The position numbers and the translations under genes were made by a program. From Lama guanicoe (taxonomy: Eukaryota), in the NCBI GenBank assembly GCA_013239625.1, contig MU054187.1:16632941-16696940 (forward strand): 64,000 nucleotides of DNA, in the 5' to 3' direction. The notes beneath the pieces were generated by a model. It had not been told where the DNA came from. It did no database searches and saw only the letters and a list, made by a program, of their open reading frames with translations. Below are positions 12,155 through 26,499 of this stretch, one piece after another (positions within the stretch are counted from its first letter, which is position 1; each line of letters opens with the position of its first letter).

Positions 12155-13589
12155 CTGATTATGAATAGTATGTAGAATCTGAACCATGTTCCTTATAACA
12201 ATATATATTGATGAGTAGAAAATATCCTGGAGTGATACTGACCAAGGCTAGCATAGTAGTTACCTCTAGATTGTGGGGCCATAGATGTTTTGATTCCCTT
12301 TCCATTGTGCATTTATTTCCTTCCATTTTTTTATTTCTTTAAAATTACCTTATGTTTATTTTGTGTTTTTTTGAATTAAAAATTAATGTCGACTGTACTG
12401 CAAAAACATCTAGGCACATTTTGCAAAAGTTATCTCTTTCTATGGGTTATTTAAATGCTTATTTAGGTTCCTTTCGCAGAGTTACATAGATTGCCCAACC
12501 TGCACACCCTGTTGATAGTTGGATACCTGTTCCCAGTCACTCTGCATGTGAGCATTACCTTGAACTATGTGAAGAACTCTTCCATGTGGCAGGGGCTACA
12601 CCCCCAAGATTTTCTTCTCGTACAGTGGATTAAAGTACTTAAGAGCTCTTTTGACTTGGGCTAACTTACTCATATCATCAAAAACAGAGTGTGTCTGCTG
12701 TAAGTAGCTGAAATGATTAGAAATCTCTTAGAATATCAGCCTTCCTTTGTTTTTCAGTGCAAGATTCTGCAACAAAGTATGTCAAGAACAAAAGACTCAC
12801 TGGGAATGCTGTTCATCGTGAAAGAATGGATCACTTCACCATGACCTTCTGCTTGCTCCGAAGTATTGCAAGCTTTTTTTTAATCTAGAACGTAACTAGT
12901 TTTATAGTAAATTCTCAACTAAATATTTTTGGTTCGTCATTGAAGTGTCCCAGCATTTAGTCTTGACTGTCTATCAGCACGGTGATTTGTCGAGAAGTCT
13001 CATTTTGGTAAATCAAGAGGAGTCCTTACTTAACTTTTTGAATTGCTTCCTTAGAAAAACTGCTCTAGTTCACACATAGTCAGTTATAACTGAAAACATT
13101 AGGAATTTACGAATCATAAGCTTAGGGTAGCAATAGACACAACAGCTTAAATTGTAGTTGGGGATCTATTAATTGAGGATCAGTATCCTATATGAAAAGA
13201 ACCATTCTCTGTGGAGTTATACGGATCAGTAAAATGGGGCTTTGAGGAGGCAGTGTTCTTTTGTAAACCTGTGGGGTTCTAGGGTGCACCCTGCACAAGG
13301 GCTCATGGCTGAGGGCGTGAGGGATACTGAAATCCAGACTTCACTCACTTCCCCAAGCTAGGCATCCTTGTGTGAGCCAGCGTCTGTCTAGGCTCTTGAA
13401 GAACTATTAGCACAAAGGCTCTATTTGGCCTTTCCTATCCTGGCCATTATTTAAGTCTGAAGCTGTAATACATCTTAATACAGTTTCTTTTACAGTTAGA
13501 ATCAAAAATTTTTTTCAGTACAATATTGAAGGTTAAGATGAACATGAACCGCTTAGTGACTTAGCCAGGATGTTCTTTCCTTCCTTCCT

Positions 13590-13745
13590 TCCCGCCTTCA
13601 TTCATTTATCCATCATCTTATATGCCAGGCATGATACTAAGCTCCAGAGATGAAAAAGTGAGCATCGGGACCCTGCCTTCAAGGAATTTACAATCTGGTA
13701 GTAGCATCATTTGAAAAATCACAATTAACAGATAAGGGAAGTGTG
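13590..13745 (+). mobile_element. L2 3' end fragment
   Basis: TTCATTCATTTATCC...TATGCCAGGCATGATACTAAG...CCCTGCCTTCAAGGAATTTACAATCT. Strand is given as read, and convention may reverse it. Confidence 0.7.
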
Positions 13746-16279
13746 GGCAAGGCACGCTCGTGAAAAACGGCCGTGGCCTCAGCTTGCTTCACAACGTCTA
13801 AGTGACCAGGAAAGTTCTCTGGGCCAAGCATAGGGCATGATCCTCACTGAGTGCTAAGGTTTTTGGAGCACAGTTGCAAGTAAGAAAACCCCCAGGTTTA
13901 AACATTCTCTAAATAATGCCCCCAGCCCCCTTCTCAGCCCTTTACCCCAACATCCTCACCTCTGTTTTATTTCTCTTGAAACTCACCCAGTCAGCTTCCA
14001 CGTGGGTCCTTAGCTCATCCAGGCACTGAGTAAGCTCTGAAACTACACTGTCAGAATAGATGAAAAGATGTAGTCATTAGGGTTCTGATGATATTCCAAT
14101 ATCTGCATTAAGAAACCATAAATATTTTTCATCAGAATTCAAAACTTCCTTGTACTCAGTCCAGTTTTCACAGGAATACCCAAAGAAATTTGGTCGAAGT
14201 ATTGTACAGAGTCAGTAGGAGAAGATGGACTGATCTTGGCTGGAAAGAAGAGTTGAAATAAAAACTATGAGCTCACCTAGGTCGTGTATTTCTGGGGTAT
14301 TTTTTTTATAGGTGTATATAATTCTATAAAATTGAACATTTGACTAACTCTTTTTAAAGTGACTTCTAAAAAGTGATATTCTTTTTTTGTGCAAAACAGA
14401 AAGAATCGTCTTTTTTCTCCCTTAGACACGAATATAACAAGTAAAACTGAATGTCAAAATATTCTAGTTAAAATGCACGATGTCAGAGATTCAGTTTCAT
14501 TGCTATTATGTTAGAGCAGCATGGGACCCAAGAACAATGGACCAGGAATGAACTCTTCCAGGCTCAGTCTGCTTTATTTGAGCACGGACTTTCTAGCACT
14601 AATTTCCCTGATTGACAGCGATAGTGACAGTGGGAAGGGATTTATGGGTATCGCTAATGACAAGCAATGGAAGTTTTAGGTATTTTTAAAATAAGAAACA
14701 TTATGCCTTTCAAACTAATATGGTACAAGGACCTTTACTGAGATGAAATTCATAGAACTTAAAATGAAAATCTAAAGTGGACCATTATGCTCATACGTAG
14801 AGGCAGTTTTACAACTTTCTGAAGTTGGAGGGTGGCGTTTTATCACTGGAAGAGTGACAAAGATGAGGGGCCATTGTGAGGATTTTTCGCCGCCCCCCCC
14901 TTCCATCCATGATTGGTTACTCAATTAAAGCTCTCCTCGATGCTGGGCTGCTGGGTCCGCAGGAAACACTGCACTGCATCTGATGGTTAGCAAATGAGAT
15001 TGCTGTTAGAAACTAGACAGAAATGATGTGCTTAAATTCTAGGAGATTACATTAATGTTACCATAAATGGAAAATCAAATTGTCATTGTCTTAGAGGAGT
15101 AGGGAAGAAAAAAAAAATCTATTTATACCAGACACATCATAAAATTAAGTTACTTCACATAAAATATGAATTACTTGAGTCCCGAGAGAAAAACCATTAA
15201 ATATAGGCATGTACAAAGACAGTTTTGACTGTAACAGAAATGAAATAAGCTGAGGATCTGATTGGGCCATTACGCGGGGGCAGAGTTGCTAAACAGAACC
15301 CCTGTCCTGGAGAGGCTGCCCGTTTCTGAGATACCTAGGACTTTGCAGAAAAATCTGGTGACTAAGAGATGGGAGAGAAGGTCCCGGTAACATCTTGCTA
15401 GGCACCGGTTCCCATTGCCCAAGTCCAATTCAGAGTCCTGCCATTTTGGAAGGCTCGAAGCCTGAGAATCCTACAAGGAAACAGACCAAAAAATTGACCC
15501 CGCATGTGAATGCTTTAGAGGTTTCCTAGCCCAGAGAAATGGGATGGGAAACCAACAGAGGCAGCAGCAAGTTCAAAGTTGGCTATAAATCTCAAATAAG
15601 AAGTTCGAGGCTCACACTGGGCATGGCATGCCACAATCAGCCTGCTTTAGAACTAAGGTGTATACATATGTATATATTGAGGCCATCTTTCATTAGTTCT
15701 CCCAGCTTGTCGAAGAGAAATCGCAGTGGAAAATTGACATTCATGGAATAGACCTATTACTGGGGGAAAGTATTGTTGATATTTCCTGCCTGATTGCTGT
15801 AAGTGCTTAAACTTAGCAGCTCTGCGGAAGTAAAGAGAGTGATGTTCCAAACATACATGTGGGTCCGGAGCAGGTAGAACTCAAATGCTGGCCCTTTAGC
15901 CTCAGGCAGGTCCTTTGGACTCTGTCGCTCAGTTTCTTCGTTCTGCGTCTGTAGCTCAGTGGGAAACTACGCCGCCTCCTGCAGCAGAACTGCTAATAGC
16001 CCAGGGACACTCATGCCATCTTCAGGGGTCATCTGATACAGGGGGACAAAGCAAGTGACTGTACGCTGCCAAAAGTGATCAGGCAGTGCTTTAGGGGCTG
16101 GTCTTAAGTCTACGGGCGCTGTCTCATTGGCCTGGGGCACTTTGCCCTCTATATTCTGATGCGCTTGCAGAGGAGGGTTTTGAAATGGGATAGCAGTTCC
16201 CTACTGAGTTACTATCCAATGCTGGGAGTTCTTTCCACATGTAAATATGCCCCGAGATTCTGCTGAGACCATTACATTT

Positions 16280-16770
16280 TATTTATATTTTCCACCCATT
16301 GAAATACGTTTTGAGAACAGAGGCAGTGTGCTTGATGATAGGATTCAAAAGGAAATATACTGCCCGATCTTCAAGGAGGCGACAATCTAATGGAGGAAGC
16401 AGAGATAGAAATTAACATTATCATGTAGTGTGATCAGAGCCATCAGGCGTCATAGGAAGTATTTCAGAGGAACAAGAACAGGAGTAACAGACTTGATCTC
16501 AGGACATTGGAGGAAATTGCCCAGATATTTGAAATGGGTCTTGAAGAATGAGGTGGAGTTCACCATATGGGAGCCAAGTGAGGGATGTTCTCATATGAGG
16601 TTAAAGGCAGAGCCAAATCCCAGACGAATGGAAAACAAAGTGTGTTTAGAATAGTTAGAGGTTTTTAATGTGTGAAATGGAGAGTGATGAGAGATGAGAT
16701 TGGAAATGTAGGATGTGCCCTGAGTGTAAAAGGACTTTGGATGCAACTCTAATGCAGGGTCTCAGCCTAT
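16280..16770. mobile_element. L2 fragment
   Basis: TCTTCAAGGAGGCGACAATCTAATGGAGG...TTTGAAATGGGTCTTGAAGAATGAG...GAGATGAGATTGGAAA. Confidence 0.65.
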
Positions 16771-16914
16771 CAGCTCATCATGGAGTCAACTCAGTGACTT
16801 GCTTCCTGAGACTTCTCTCTTGCATGTATGTCATTTCCTCTGAAACATAGTTTTTGACCTTTCTTCTAGATCACATATCAACATATATACATGTACTAAC
16901 ATTTACTCTCATCA

Positions 16915-17368
16915 AAGAGGGCTTCTGGGTGAGATTAACATTTGAATGCATAGACTGGGTGAAACAGATTGCCCTCCCCTAATGGGGGTGGGCCTCATCC
17001 AATCAGTTGAAGGCCTGAATAGAACAAAAGGGAGGACCTTCCTGCAAGTAAGAGATAATTCCTCTTGACTGACTGCCTCTGAACTGGGATATCAGCTTTT
17101 TCCTGCCATCGTATTCTGAAACATCAGTTCTTCCCGGGTCTCAAGACAATTAGCCTTAAGACTAGAACCATATCATGGGCTCGCCTGGTCTCCATTTTGC
17201 CAACTCACCTTAAAGATCTTGGGACTTGTCACCCTCCATGATCATGTGAACAAATGTCTTATAATAAGTCTCTTTTACATTTACATATTACACAAATATT
17301 AAATATTAATTAAAATAAATATTAGTATACATCTTTTTGGTTCTGTTTCACTGTATAGTTCTAATACA
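16915..17368 (+). mobile_element. ERVL LTR (MLT2D/B-like)
   Basis: GAGATTAACATTTGAAT...CAGATTGCCCTCCC.AATG.GGGTGGGCCTCATCCAATCAGTTGAAGGCCTGAATAGAACAAAA...TTGGTTCTGTTTC...CTAATACA. Confidence 0.88.
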
Positions 17369-20137
17369 CCAGCTAACACTCTCTGATTCTCAATTGCCTC
17401 GTCTTTATGATGGCAATAACAATATTATCTACCATTGAGTCTATTTAAGGAAATGGTGCTAATGTTTATGTGTGCAATACATGTATTTATAGTGCTGAGT
17501 TTGGTGCGATTGTGATGGTAGTTACATAAGTGTACATTTGTTGTGAGTCTTTCTCAAGAAATTCAATAAATCTGACTTAAAATTTTAATTGTGCCAACAT
17601 CTGTAATAGAGATAGGTAGAATGGGTGGGGAAAACAGAGACAAGGGAAATGTAGCTGCACTAGGGTGGTGGAATGCTTTGAGACAAATACAGGGTCTGCC
17701 TTTATCACCTCACATGACATTGAGCATCAAGTGGCCAAAGAACAAGATGTCTGAGCTTCTGAGGTTGACTGGGATGTTGGATTATGTCATATAAAATCAT
17801 CACTGCACTCCTGTTCCTGCCAGTTGAATAGTTGCTCCCTGAAAGCAGAGATTTGGTCTTATTCATGGTATTATCCTTTGTGCTTAGCCCAGTGTTTGGA
17901 AATTCATTGGCACAGCATAATTCATTGGCTTCTTAATTAATGGACTGAGCATCTTGTGGGAAATCAGTTTTAAGTTCCCAGACCCCAACTGGAAGGTCAC
18001 TCTTCTCAAAAATAAGAGTAGAATTTAAAACACTGTACCTATTTCCTACATCAAAATATTTACTGTTCTTCCATTATCGTCACGCAGTCTCCCACAAAGG
18101 TGAATCCACGCACTTCCTCCTGGGAGCATGCTGGTCTCTCAAGCCTGGAAAAGTACTCATCAGGTCTGCTCTTCCTAACGTGGTGCTTATTACATTGTGC
18201 GACCACAGTTATCTTCCCCTCTACCTGGATTGTAAATTCATGTGGCCAGGATCCAAGTCTGTATTATTCATCTTTGTATCCCAGAAGTGAATACCAAGCC
18301 TCACTCATACTAAATACTCTATAAATACACACTAAAAAGAAAAAAGAAGAATACTCATACATTTTAATTTTCCTCATATCAATGATTAAGTGGCAGGGCT
18401 AAGAAAACAGTTAGAATCTTAGCAGAGCTAAAAACTTGTATCCTGCATAAGAGTCTCCTTAATCAGCACCCAGGAGAGTCTGAATCTATTTTTATTTTTG
18501 TACCAGTTAAGTACAAAGTTAAGTAAGGAATAAGGCCAGATGGAGAATACAATATATGCTCGTGGATTTCTCTTAACCTCCCACTAGGAAACTAATAGGC
18601 TGAGGCAGGGACAGGCTAGTAAGGAGAGAGTAAGATAGCCTCTGAACAATGGCTCTGCTTAAATATTTCCTTCATAAATGCCGCGGCATTTGGGAATTCA
18701 TTAAAGGGAAGAACACTCTTTTCTATATGTTAACTGCAGCTTCAGCAATAGGAGAGATAATTAAGAGATTCTTTGAACAGAGCCCAACTTTCTCAGCAGC
18801 AGACTAATAGCTATGATTTTCCTAAAAAGGACTTTCCTAATATCCTGTAAGCTGCCCTAATCCCAAGCTCAGGTCTGTTTTCTGTCTATGAATAAAAATA
18901 GCATAGTTCTAGAACCCAGCCCTAAAGTGCTTAAAATTTAGAATCTCCTTTAAAAGAGAAGACAGATTGGCTCCCAAGCATCTTCACTTTTTCTTCTCGT
19001 CTCCTAGTTCTCAGCTACGCAGGGCTTCAAGACAGCGATTTTTAGCGATACGCATTTATAATGTTTACCTTCAATTTGGGATGCATTCTAAAGGGGTTAA
19101 TGAATTTAGTTAAAAAAATGTGTAACCGGTATTTGAAAAAAGAACACATTTCATATCAATAGAGCAGATTTAAACATTAAAAACATAATATCTGAAAAAA
19201 TGTAGGCCCTAGACTTATGAGGTTTTCTCAATATTGGGAAAATATTATGATTATACTTGGTTATGACACTGTTAGCATTACACGACTCTAAAGAATGTCC
19301 CAGGTGTGGAAAACAAGACACAGAGAAGATAAACAATTGTCTGGATATAAGAAATGGAATATTCCATGATTAATTTATATATCTTATAGGTAATTTATCT
19401 TAAGATAAAAATTTTAAATATTTATATACTAATTTAATAAAACCAAAGTAAAAGAGAAAATGGAAATAATTATGTAACTAATCCAAGCTTTCATAGAATT
19501 TCCACCTATAGTATCTAAATTATTGGGCCAAAGTATTTGTCCTTGGTTCCTGGTGATTTCCTCAGATCTTCCTTTTGTGCAATTACATCTCTACACCACC
19601 AGGTCTGTCAATGCTAATGTACCATGGGTGTTAGAAATTTACATAACAGCATCAAGAAACCATATGTTACCACATAGGAAACTAAGAAATTATGTGTATA
19701 TATGAACAAGTGAACTTGTTCAAGCATTAGTGATTTGTCTCTATTAAAACACAAAAAACATTTCTAATTTTAGGAAGGGCTTCATGATAAAAACAAGAGC
19801 CTCATAACAAATGAGAATATTTTCTCCCAAACCAAGTTTTATATGAACTGTACCTTGAAATCAAAATTTAAATTTGGCACAAGAACCAAAAGCTATTTGA
19901 ACGCTTAAATCAATTTTTCATCTTTGAAAGGAGGTATTTGTATGTGCATATGAATGTGTAAATGGAAAGTTTTATTCAATAATGTTTTGCTTGTATGCTG
20001 CGTATCAGGACTTCAGCTGTGTGCTGAGTTGCCATATACAAAGAACACCAGTAACCAGGGAACTACTGAGAAGAAAAATAATGTTTATGGGGCTGAATGA
20101 CTCCTTTTTTTCTTTTTTTTTTTTTAAATATAGAACA

Positions 20138-20291
20138 CTACTGTTCAACCATGGCTGTTCATGAGAATTATCTAAACGTTTCATGCTCGGACCACACTAA
20201 TTGAATCAGAATCTCTAGCGGTAGGACCTAGCTGGTTTCCAAGTTCTCCAAGTGTCTCCTGCATACGCATGATTCCAAGGGAGACCCACTG
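20138..20291. mobile_element. MER5-type hAT-Charlie DNA transposon relic
   Basis: CAACCATGGCTG..CATGAGAATTATC...TGAATCAGAATCTCT...AAGTTCTCCAAGTG...GAGACCCACTG. Confidence 0.7.
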
Positions 20292-20439
20292 ACCTAGGAA
20301 AAGTGAGGGATAATGAGACAAAATTTCGCTCATTCAACAGGTGGAAGCAATATAAGTGGAAGGCACAGCTAAACGATCTTTTCCTCTTGACCTTGACATT
20401 CAACATGCATTCTCTAAAAGTCATCAGTCCTTGAAAAGC

Positions 20440-20790
20440 CCTTGTGTGACTCTGAACAAGTCACTTAAACTCTTTGTACTTCAGTTTCTTCATCTGTGAA
20501 ATGGGAATTATCCTATAAGGATTGTGTAATCATGTGCGAAGCATTTGGGCAACGATCTTGCACAATACAAGTTAAGTATTATGTGGCTGGTTATTTATTC
20601 ACTTTTAAAAAAATATAAGCAATATATGCACTATGGAGGGGAGGAAGGGCAGTATATATTAGGGCACATTAGTGTCTGGAATCAGACTGACCTGTTTTGA
20701 ATCTAGGCTCTGTTCCTTTTCAGTTTTGTGACTTCAGGCAAATCGTGTAAACTCTCAGTGCTTTTCTTTGGTATTCTATCATTTGACATG
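20440..20790 (+). mobile_element. Two MIR fragments
   Basis: TGTGTGACTCTGAACAAGTCACTTAAACTCTTTGTACTTCAGTTTCTTCATCTGTGAAATGGG, and GGAATCAGACTGACCTG..TTGAATC...TGTGACTTCAGGCAAATC. Confidence 0.75.
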
Positions 20791-21359
20791 ATTTCTTTAT
20801 GTATTAGAACCTTTGTTCTTGGTTTCCCCAGGATAGAATGTGAAAGTGCCCTAGGGGCAAAGACTACATTGCCTTGTTCAGCCACGCCTACCCTCTATTG
20901 GAAAGGTGTGGCCAGCCCTCGCTGGGTACATGGACGTTGTCTGAAAAAAATCTGCTGAGTGAATGAAGGCTTAGGTTAGATAGGACTTCCTCCCTCTCAA
21001 GATTATATAATTCTTAACCTATAATTTCTCTTCATTTAAAAAATCTTTCTATACATATGCAATATATAATTACATACTGAATATAACTATGGCTATTCCA
21101 TTTGAATTACCATCTTTATCATAATCTGTATTGCTACACATATTGGGTTCTGTTTCTGGGCTTTGTATTCTATTGTCTGACCTGCTTGACAATGACTTAA
21201 TTGACTGTAACTGTATTACCACCTCTTCATTGCTGATAGACCGCATTGCCCTTAACTGCTCTTCTTCAGAAAGGTCCTGCCTATTCTTTCATGTTTCTGA
21301 TCCCAGATGACCTCTACAACAATTTAGTCAGATTAAAATACAAATTGTTGTGGTACTTT

Positions 21360-22479
21360 TGGAAAAAATTAAAACTTGACCTTTACACCCTACACAAATA
21401 TTAATTCAAAATGAATCATGGAATTACCCAGAAGAGCTAAAAAACTTCAGAGCTAAAATTATAAGAGCAAAAAACCATATGCTAGGAGAGAATACAAGAG
21501 GAACTCTTCAGACAGGATATCCACACTGTGAATCATAGAAAACAAATTATAAATGAGACATCAAAATTTGACTTTGGCTCGTCGAAAGATATAATCAAAA
21601 AATGAGTGAGAAGACAAGCCGCAGACTGGGAGAAAATATTTGCAAAACATGTATCTCGCCAAGGACTTATATCTAGCCTTCCTAAAGAACTCTTACAATT
21701 CGATATGAAGAAGACAAACAAAAGGACAAAAAAATATGAACACTCAAAAAAGAAAATGTAAAAATAATCAGTAAGCACATAAAAAGGTTCTCAACATCTT
21801 TCGTCATTAGGGAAATGCAAATCAAATCTGCAATGAAATAACATAACACATCCATTAGAAAGGCTAAAATTAAAATGGTAAGGATGGAAGCAAACGAAAT
21901 CTCATTTATTGCTGATGGGAATTCAAAATCATAGAGTCATTATGGAAAACAGTTTGGTAGTTTTTAATAAAAGTTAAATGTGTGTATGACTGTACAAGAA
22001 CTTACCTATTAATGTTCCTAATAGTGTTATTCATGCTAGCCAAAAATTCTGAAAATGCAAATGTCTGTCAACTAGTAAATGAATAAACAAACTATGATCT
22101 ATTCATACAATGGAACAAAACTTAGCAATAACAAGGAATAAAATATGGATAAATGCAACAACATGTTTGCATTTCAGAGTCGTCATACTAAATGAAAAAG
22201 CCAGACCCAAGAGACTGCGTTCTACAACACTCTTTTCAAAGGACATTCTAGAAAAGGTGAAACTATAGCAAGAAAAAGAAGCTGTGGAGAGAGGGAAGGG
22301 TTGACTGAAAGGGGGCATGAGGGAACTTTTGAAAGTGATGAAACAGTTCCAAAATTTGATCATGGTAGTAGTTGCCTTACTGTGCTTATTCACCAAACGT
22401 TATCAAAATGATGACAGGAACGAATGTATTTTGTCTTATGTAGATTATATTTTTGTTATATCTCAATCAATTGTGAAAG
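21360..22479 (+). mobile_element. 5'-truncated L1 (L1MC/MD-like) with degenerate 17-bp TSD, nested in an older antisense L1
   Basis: L1 motifs GACTGGGAGAAAATATTTGCAAAACAT and CATTAGGGAAATGCAAATCAAA. Flanked by AATTGTTGTGGTACTTT (21343-21359) and AATTGTTTTGATACTTT (22480-22496). Confidence 0.85.
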
Positions 22480-22496
22480 AATTGTTTTGATACTTT

Positions 22497-23930
22497 GCTA
22501 TAAATTGCATATAGTGATGTATTGGAATCTGGAATTATATTACACAGAACATGTAGATAGATGACAGATAGATACCGATAAACATTTTATTGTTTTCTCC
22601 ATAGAAATCAGTTTATTCCTGGACACCTTATATTTTGCTTCTTATTTTACATGGACTTTCTTTTCCGTTTATTTATTAGGAACTGAATTTCAGTGGTGAA
22701 GAATGACTGTTTTTTCGTCGAGGGACTTAGATTGTAGTGAACGTCATAGGTGTACGAGAAAGCTACTGAGTTCATTACGTGACCAATTTAATGAAGTTTC
22801 TTGTGTTCTAATGGCTTTTTAGGTGATTCTCCTGAGTTTTTTCACATGTGGATAAATCACATCATTTGAAGACTTAAAAAATTGTTCCTCTATTTTCCAG
22901 TATTATAAGACCTCATTTCACTTTCTGATTGCATTACTTAGCATTTCCAGAAAGACGTTAACTACTGATAGTGAATTGAGTACTTTGCCTTATTCTTAAC
23001 TCTAAATGAAATTACTTTCTATTCCAACATTAAGCAGGATGACAGTTATTTAAGATGCCATAGATGTTTATATCAAGTTAAGAAATTATTCTCCTATTCC
23101 TTTTTTTGCTTAGAGTTTTATTAAATGGATTTAAATTTAGCAATTACTTTTAGATCATCTATCAAATAATCTTTGATTTTCCTCCTTTGGTTAGGAGAAT
23201 TAATTATATCAATTCATAATATTAAATTATACTTGGACTCTCTTTTTCACATACCAGTTTATTTGCTGTTATTTCATTTAAGACGTGCATCTATCTTCAG
23301 AAGAGAAATTGTTCTGTTTCTTTATCATTATTTTTTGTTAAGTTTTGTTAATAGGGTATTTTCACTGTAGTATTTATTTATTAAACATTAATTGAGAATT
23401 TTCCACTTTTCTCTCTTCTGTGGAACAGATTTTTATGGAAAATGGCATTGACCTTTATACCGAAAGGTTTGAATAATTTGACTGTAAAAGAGTGAATCAT
23501 GTACATTTTGAAGAAAAAAATTTTTAACAGGATTTTACATTTCATGTCTATTGATCAATTAGATTTTTCTTCTTGACTCAGTTTTGGAGATTTGCATTCT
23601 CCATGAATATCATAAATTTCATCAAGATTTTCAAAATTATTTTTATTTAATTTTATATATGACATTCCTATATATACAAAAAATCTAACTTATAACTTTG
23701 GTTGTAGCATCTCTTTTTTCATCCTGTTTTATCTGTTTCCTCTCAATCTTGTTCTTTCTCTGTGTGTATGTCTCTCTCTCTCTAATTGACAAGCATTATC
23801 AGATGCTTTTGTCTTTGAACAAAAGAAAAAAAAATAAGCTTTTGGATTTATTAATTTTATTTTTTGTTTCCTGTTTCATTTCTACGTATATCTGTAAAGT
23901 TATATTTCCCTCCAAATATGTTTCTATGTA
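22497..23930 (-). mobile_element. Ancient L1 ORF2 fragment (antisense), continuation of 21100-21342
   Basis: T-rich, with CTTTGCCTTATTCTTAACTCTAAATGAAA, TATCAAGTTAAGAAATTATTCTCCTATTCC and TCTTCTGTGGAACAG antisense-L1 motifs. Confidence 0.7.
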
Positions 23931-23984
23931 GCTTAGGATTAAAGTCTGTTAGTTGCCTACCCAATATTTAGGCTCATCTTTTTA

Positions 23985-24400
23985 ACTAAATAACAGAATC
24001 CTGATATTAATTTCAGCAGCAATATGTGTTATCTGAGAACTACATTTTTCAGTCTCCTTTGAAGTTATGTACGACCATGTCCTTAAACCCTGGCCAATGA
24101 AATGTAAATGTAAATATGATAGGTGAGACTTTTGGATAGATTTTTTAAGGGGTTTGACTTTGCTTTCCCTCATTTCTCCTACTGGTAGGTGGATGTGACT
24201 GACAGAGGTCCAGCAGCCACCTTGTGACTTTTAGGATGGAATCAATGTTTAAAGGATTGTAAAGCAGAGGGATAGCAGGAAGTTCTTGTGTCTTAAATAT
24301 CTTCTGAGACCCCCAAACCAGTCTTGGGGTGCTTACCTCTGGAATTTTTTCAAATGAAAGAGAACCAGCTTGCCACTATCATTCTGTTGTCACCATAATC
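23985..24400 (+). mobile_element. Old MaLR LTR (MLT1I/J-like)
   Basis: CCATGTCCTTAAACCCTGGCCAATGAAATGTAA...CCAGCAGCCACCTTGTGAC...TGCTTACCTCTGGA. Confidence 0.65.
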
Positions 24401-26499
24401 TACTCTCAGTATAAGAGTCACACTTACTCTTTTAAAGTGAAAATCAGATTATAGTCCTATTACTATTACTTGTGTAGAATTCTATGTTGTTGATTACTGA
24501 TACTGGCCTATTTGGTTTGTTTGTTACCTTTGTTAGTAATATTTGGCTGTCCCTTAATTGTTAGCCTTTTTCGGTCATTTGGTTTCAGGTACAACATGTA
24601 AATTTTGCTTTTTATCAAATATTTAATTTCTTGTTTCAATTCACTGTTTAATAATAATCATTTTTATTGAAAACTTATTATGTTCATTGCGCCATGAATT
24701 GTAGAATGTACTATTTTGTTAGTATTTAAAATATGTGATTTAAACTATCTTACATGATATTTTGTTCAGTAATTTTCCTATCCTTTGCTTTGCTCAAGTT
24801 TTCCTTTAATCTCTGTAATGAGATTCATCTCCTGAGGGCTTCAGTCTTCTCTGGAAGAGCAGGATTAGTCCTTTTTAGATCAGAATACAGCTTGGAATAA
24901 TAACATGGTTGTCAAGATATTTACTGTTTCATGTAAGAAAAACCAATGAGCCATTCGAATCTTATAAAGTGAAATACAAGCAAAATATGAGCAGGAATCT
25001 CAAATTATTGCCCAGTTGGTGAGACAGTGATTTAAGGTCAATATTCACTAACTATTAAAATCTATCTCTTTTCTTCAGTAGAAGAAACTGGTGTAGCTTC
25101 TTCATTTTTTTCCTCTTTTGAAAACTTCTTATAATTAAATGATAGTCTCATATGTATATGGTGAGTCTCTAGCCAAAATGTTAAAATACATGTGCCTTGA
25201 GTTCCCTGGCCCCCAGTTTGGGACCTGAAAATACGAGGAAAGTACATAAAGGAGATAAAGAGCAGATAGAACAGAATCTTGGAGATTGAATTTTTAAAAC
25301 CCTATTGTTTTTGCAAATAGGTACTTACTCACTAGACATAGTCGATTATCAATTTCTGCCAGGGATGTAGTAATAAAAGCTGAATTCATTTGTCAATGAT
25401 CTGCTTTGGGGAAACAGAACTGTTAATCTTGAAATGAAATATACACAATTTACATTTTTACAGAAATGTGATCAAGAATTACCAAGGAGAACAAAAGTTT
25501 CAATCCCACTCAAAAAACATATATAATGTTACTCTAAATCCTTTATATCAACAGAATATTTTGCAAAGTATTACCTATGTCATTCTGCTTTAGAGATTTC
25601 AAATAATTATCCCGTTGTGCATATAATTGTATTATTGGAAAAAGGAGTCAGAAAAAGAAAGAATTATGGAGAAGAAAACTTACATTAAGACCCGTGTTTG
25701 AAAATTGTGAAAGGAGATTAAGTGACAAGAGAATATTTTCAGCAGACCTTATTAATTTCAAAGTATATTTTCTTAGATTTAGCTTGACATGTAGGTAGTG
25801 ATCCCACAGTTAGAAAATTTCTATTAATCTCATAAAATGACATAATGGAAGATGTACAAACTAACCTATTTAACCTTAAAACCATTTTGTTATTGAAAAT
25901 GTTAAAAAAAAAAAAAAGAATCACCTTTCAGAGTTATTTTGGAATAGAACTGACCTAGAATGAAGCTTATGACTTTTGGAAAATGAATCTTGTTAGCTTT
26001 TCTTTATGTTTTTAGTTTATGATGGTTTCAAATCTTGGTGACAGCCACATTAAAAATCTGTACAGAAGACTGCTTTTTGCTCATGAACAAAACAAAGAGA
26101 AAGATAATACTATGACCTTATCTTTATTTTCTTATGAATAGGATGAAAGGGATAACTTTTCTTTTGGAAGCAATTATCCTAAACCATAGCCCAAGAAGTT
26201 CTGAATTAAGTTTAAAAACATTAAATGAATACAAATGATTCCAGATTTAAAAGACAACTTTTTTCCCCACAGGAAGAAAAGAATGGCTGTCAAAAAGTCA
26301 CCAACATTCAACTCAAATATCATCTCATAACACCGTTTCCCTAGACACTGAGGGACTATAAATATAAGATATGCTCTCTATCTTCAAGGAGGTCTGTGGG
26401 GGTGACATATAGAGTAAAAATATGTATAAATCAAAGCAGAAAATATTCCCAGACTTCTTTGCAGGGGCAGCTCCCTCCATGCCAGCCCCCTCCCTCCCC

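Noticed and set aside
19703..19722. 9-bp-arm palindrome TGAACAAGT-GA-ACTTGTTCA
   Set aside because: Short enough to arise by chance in 64 kb of AT-rich DNA, with no context supporting function.
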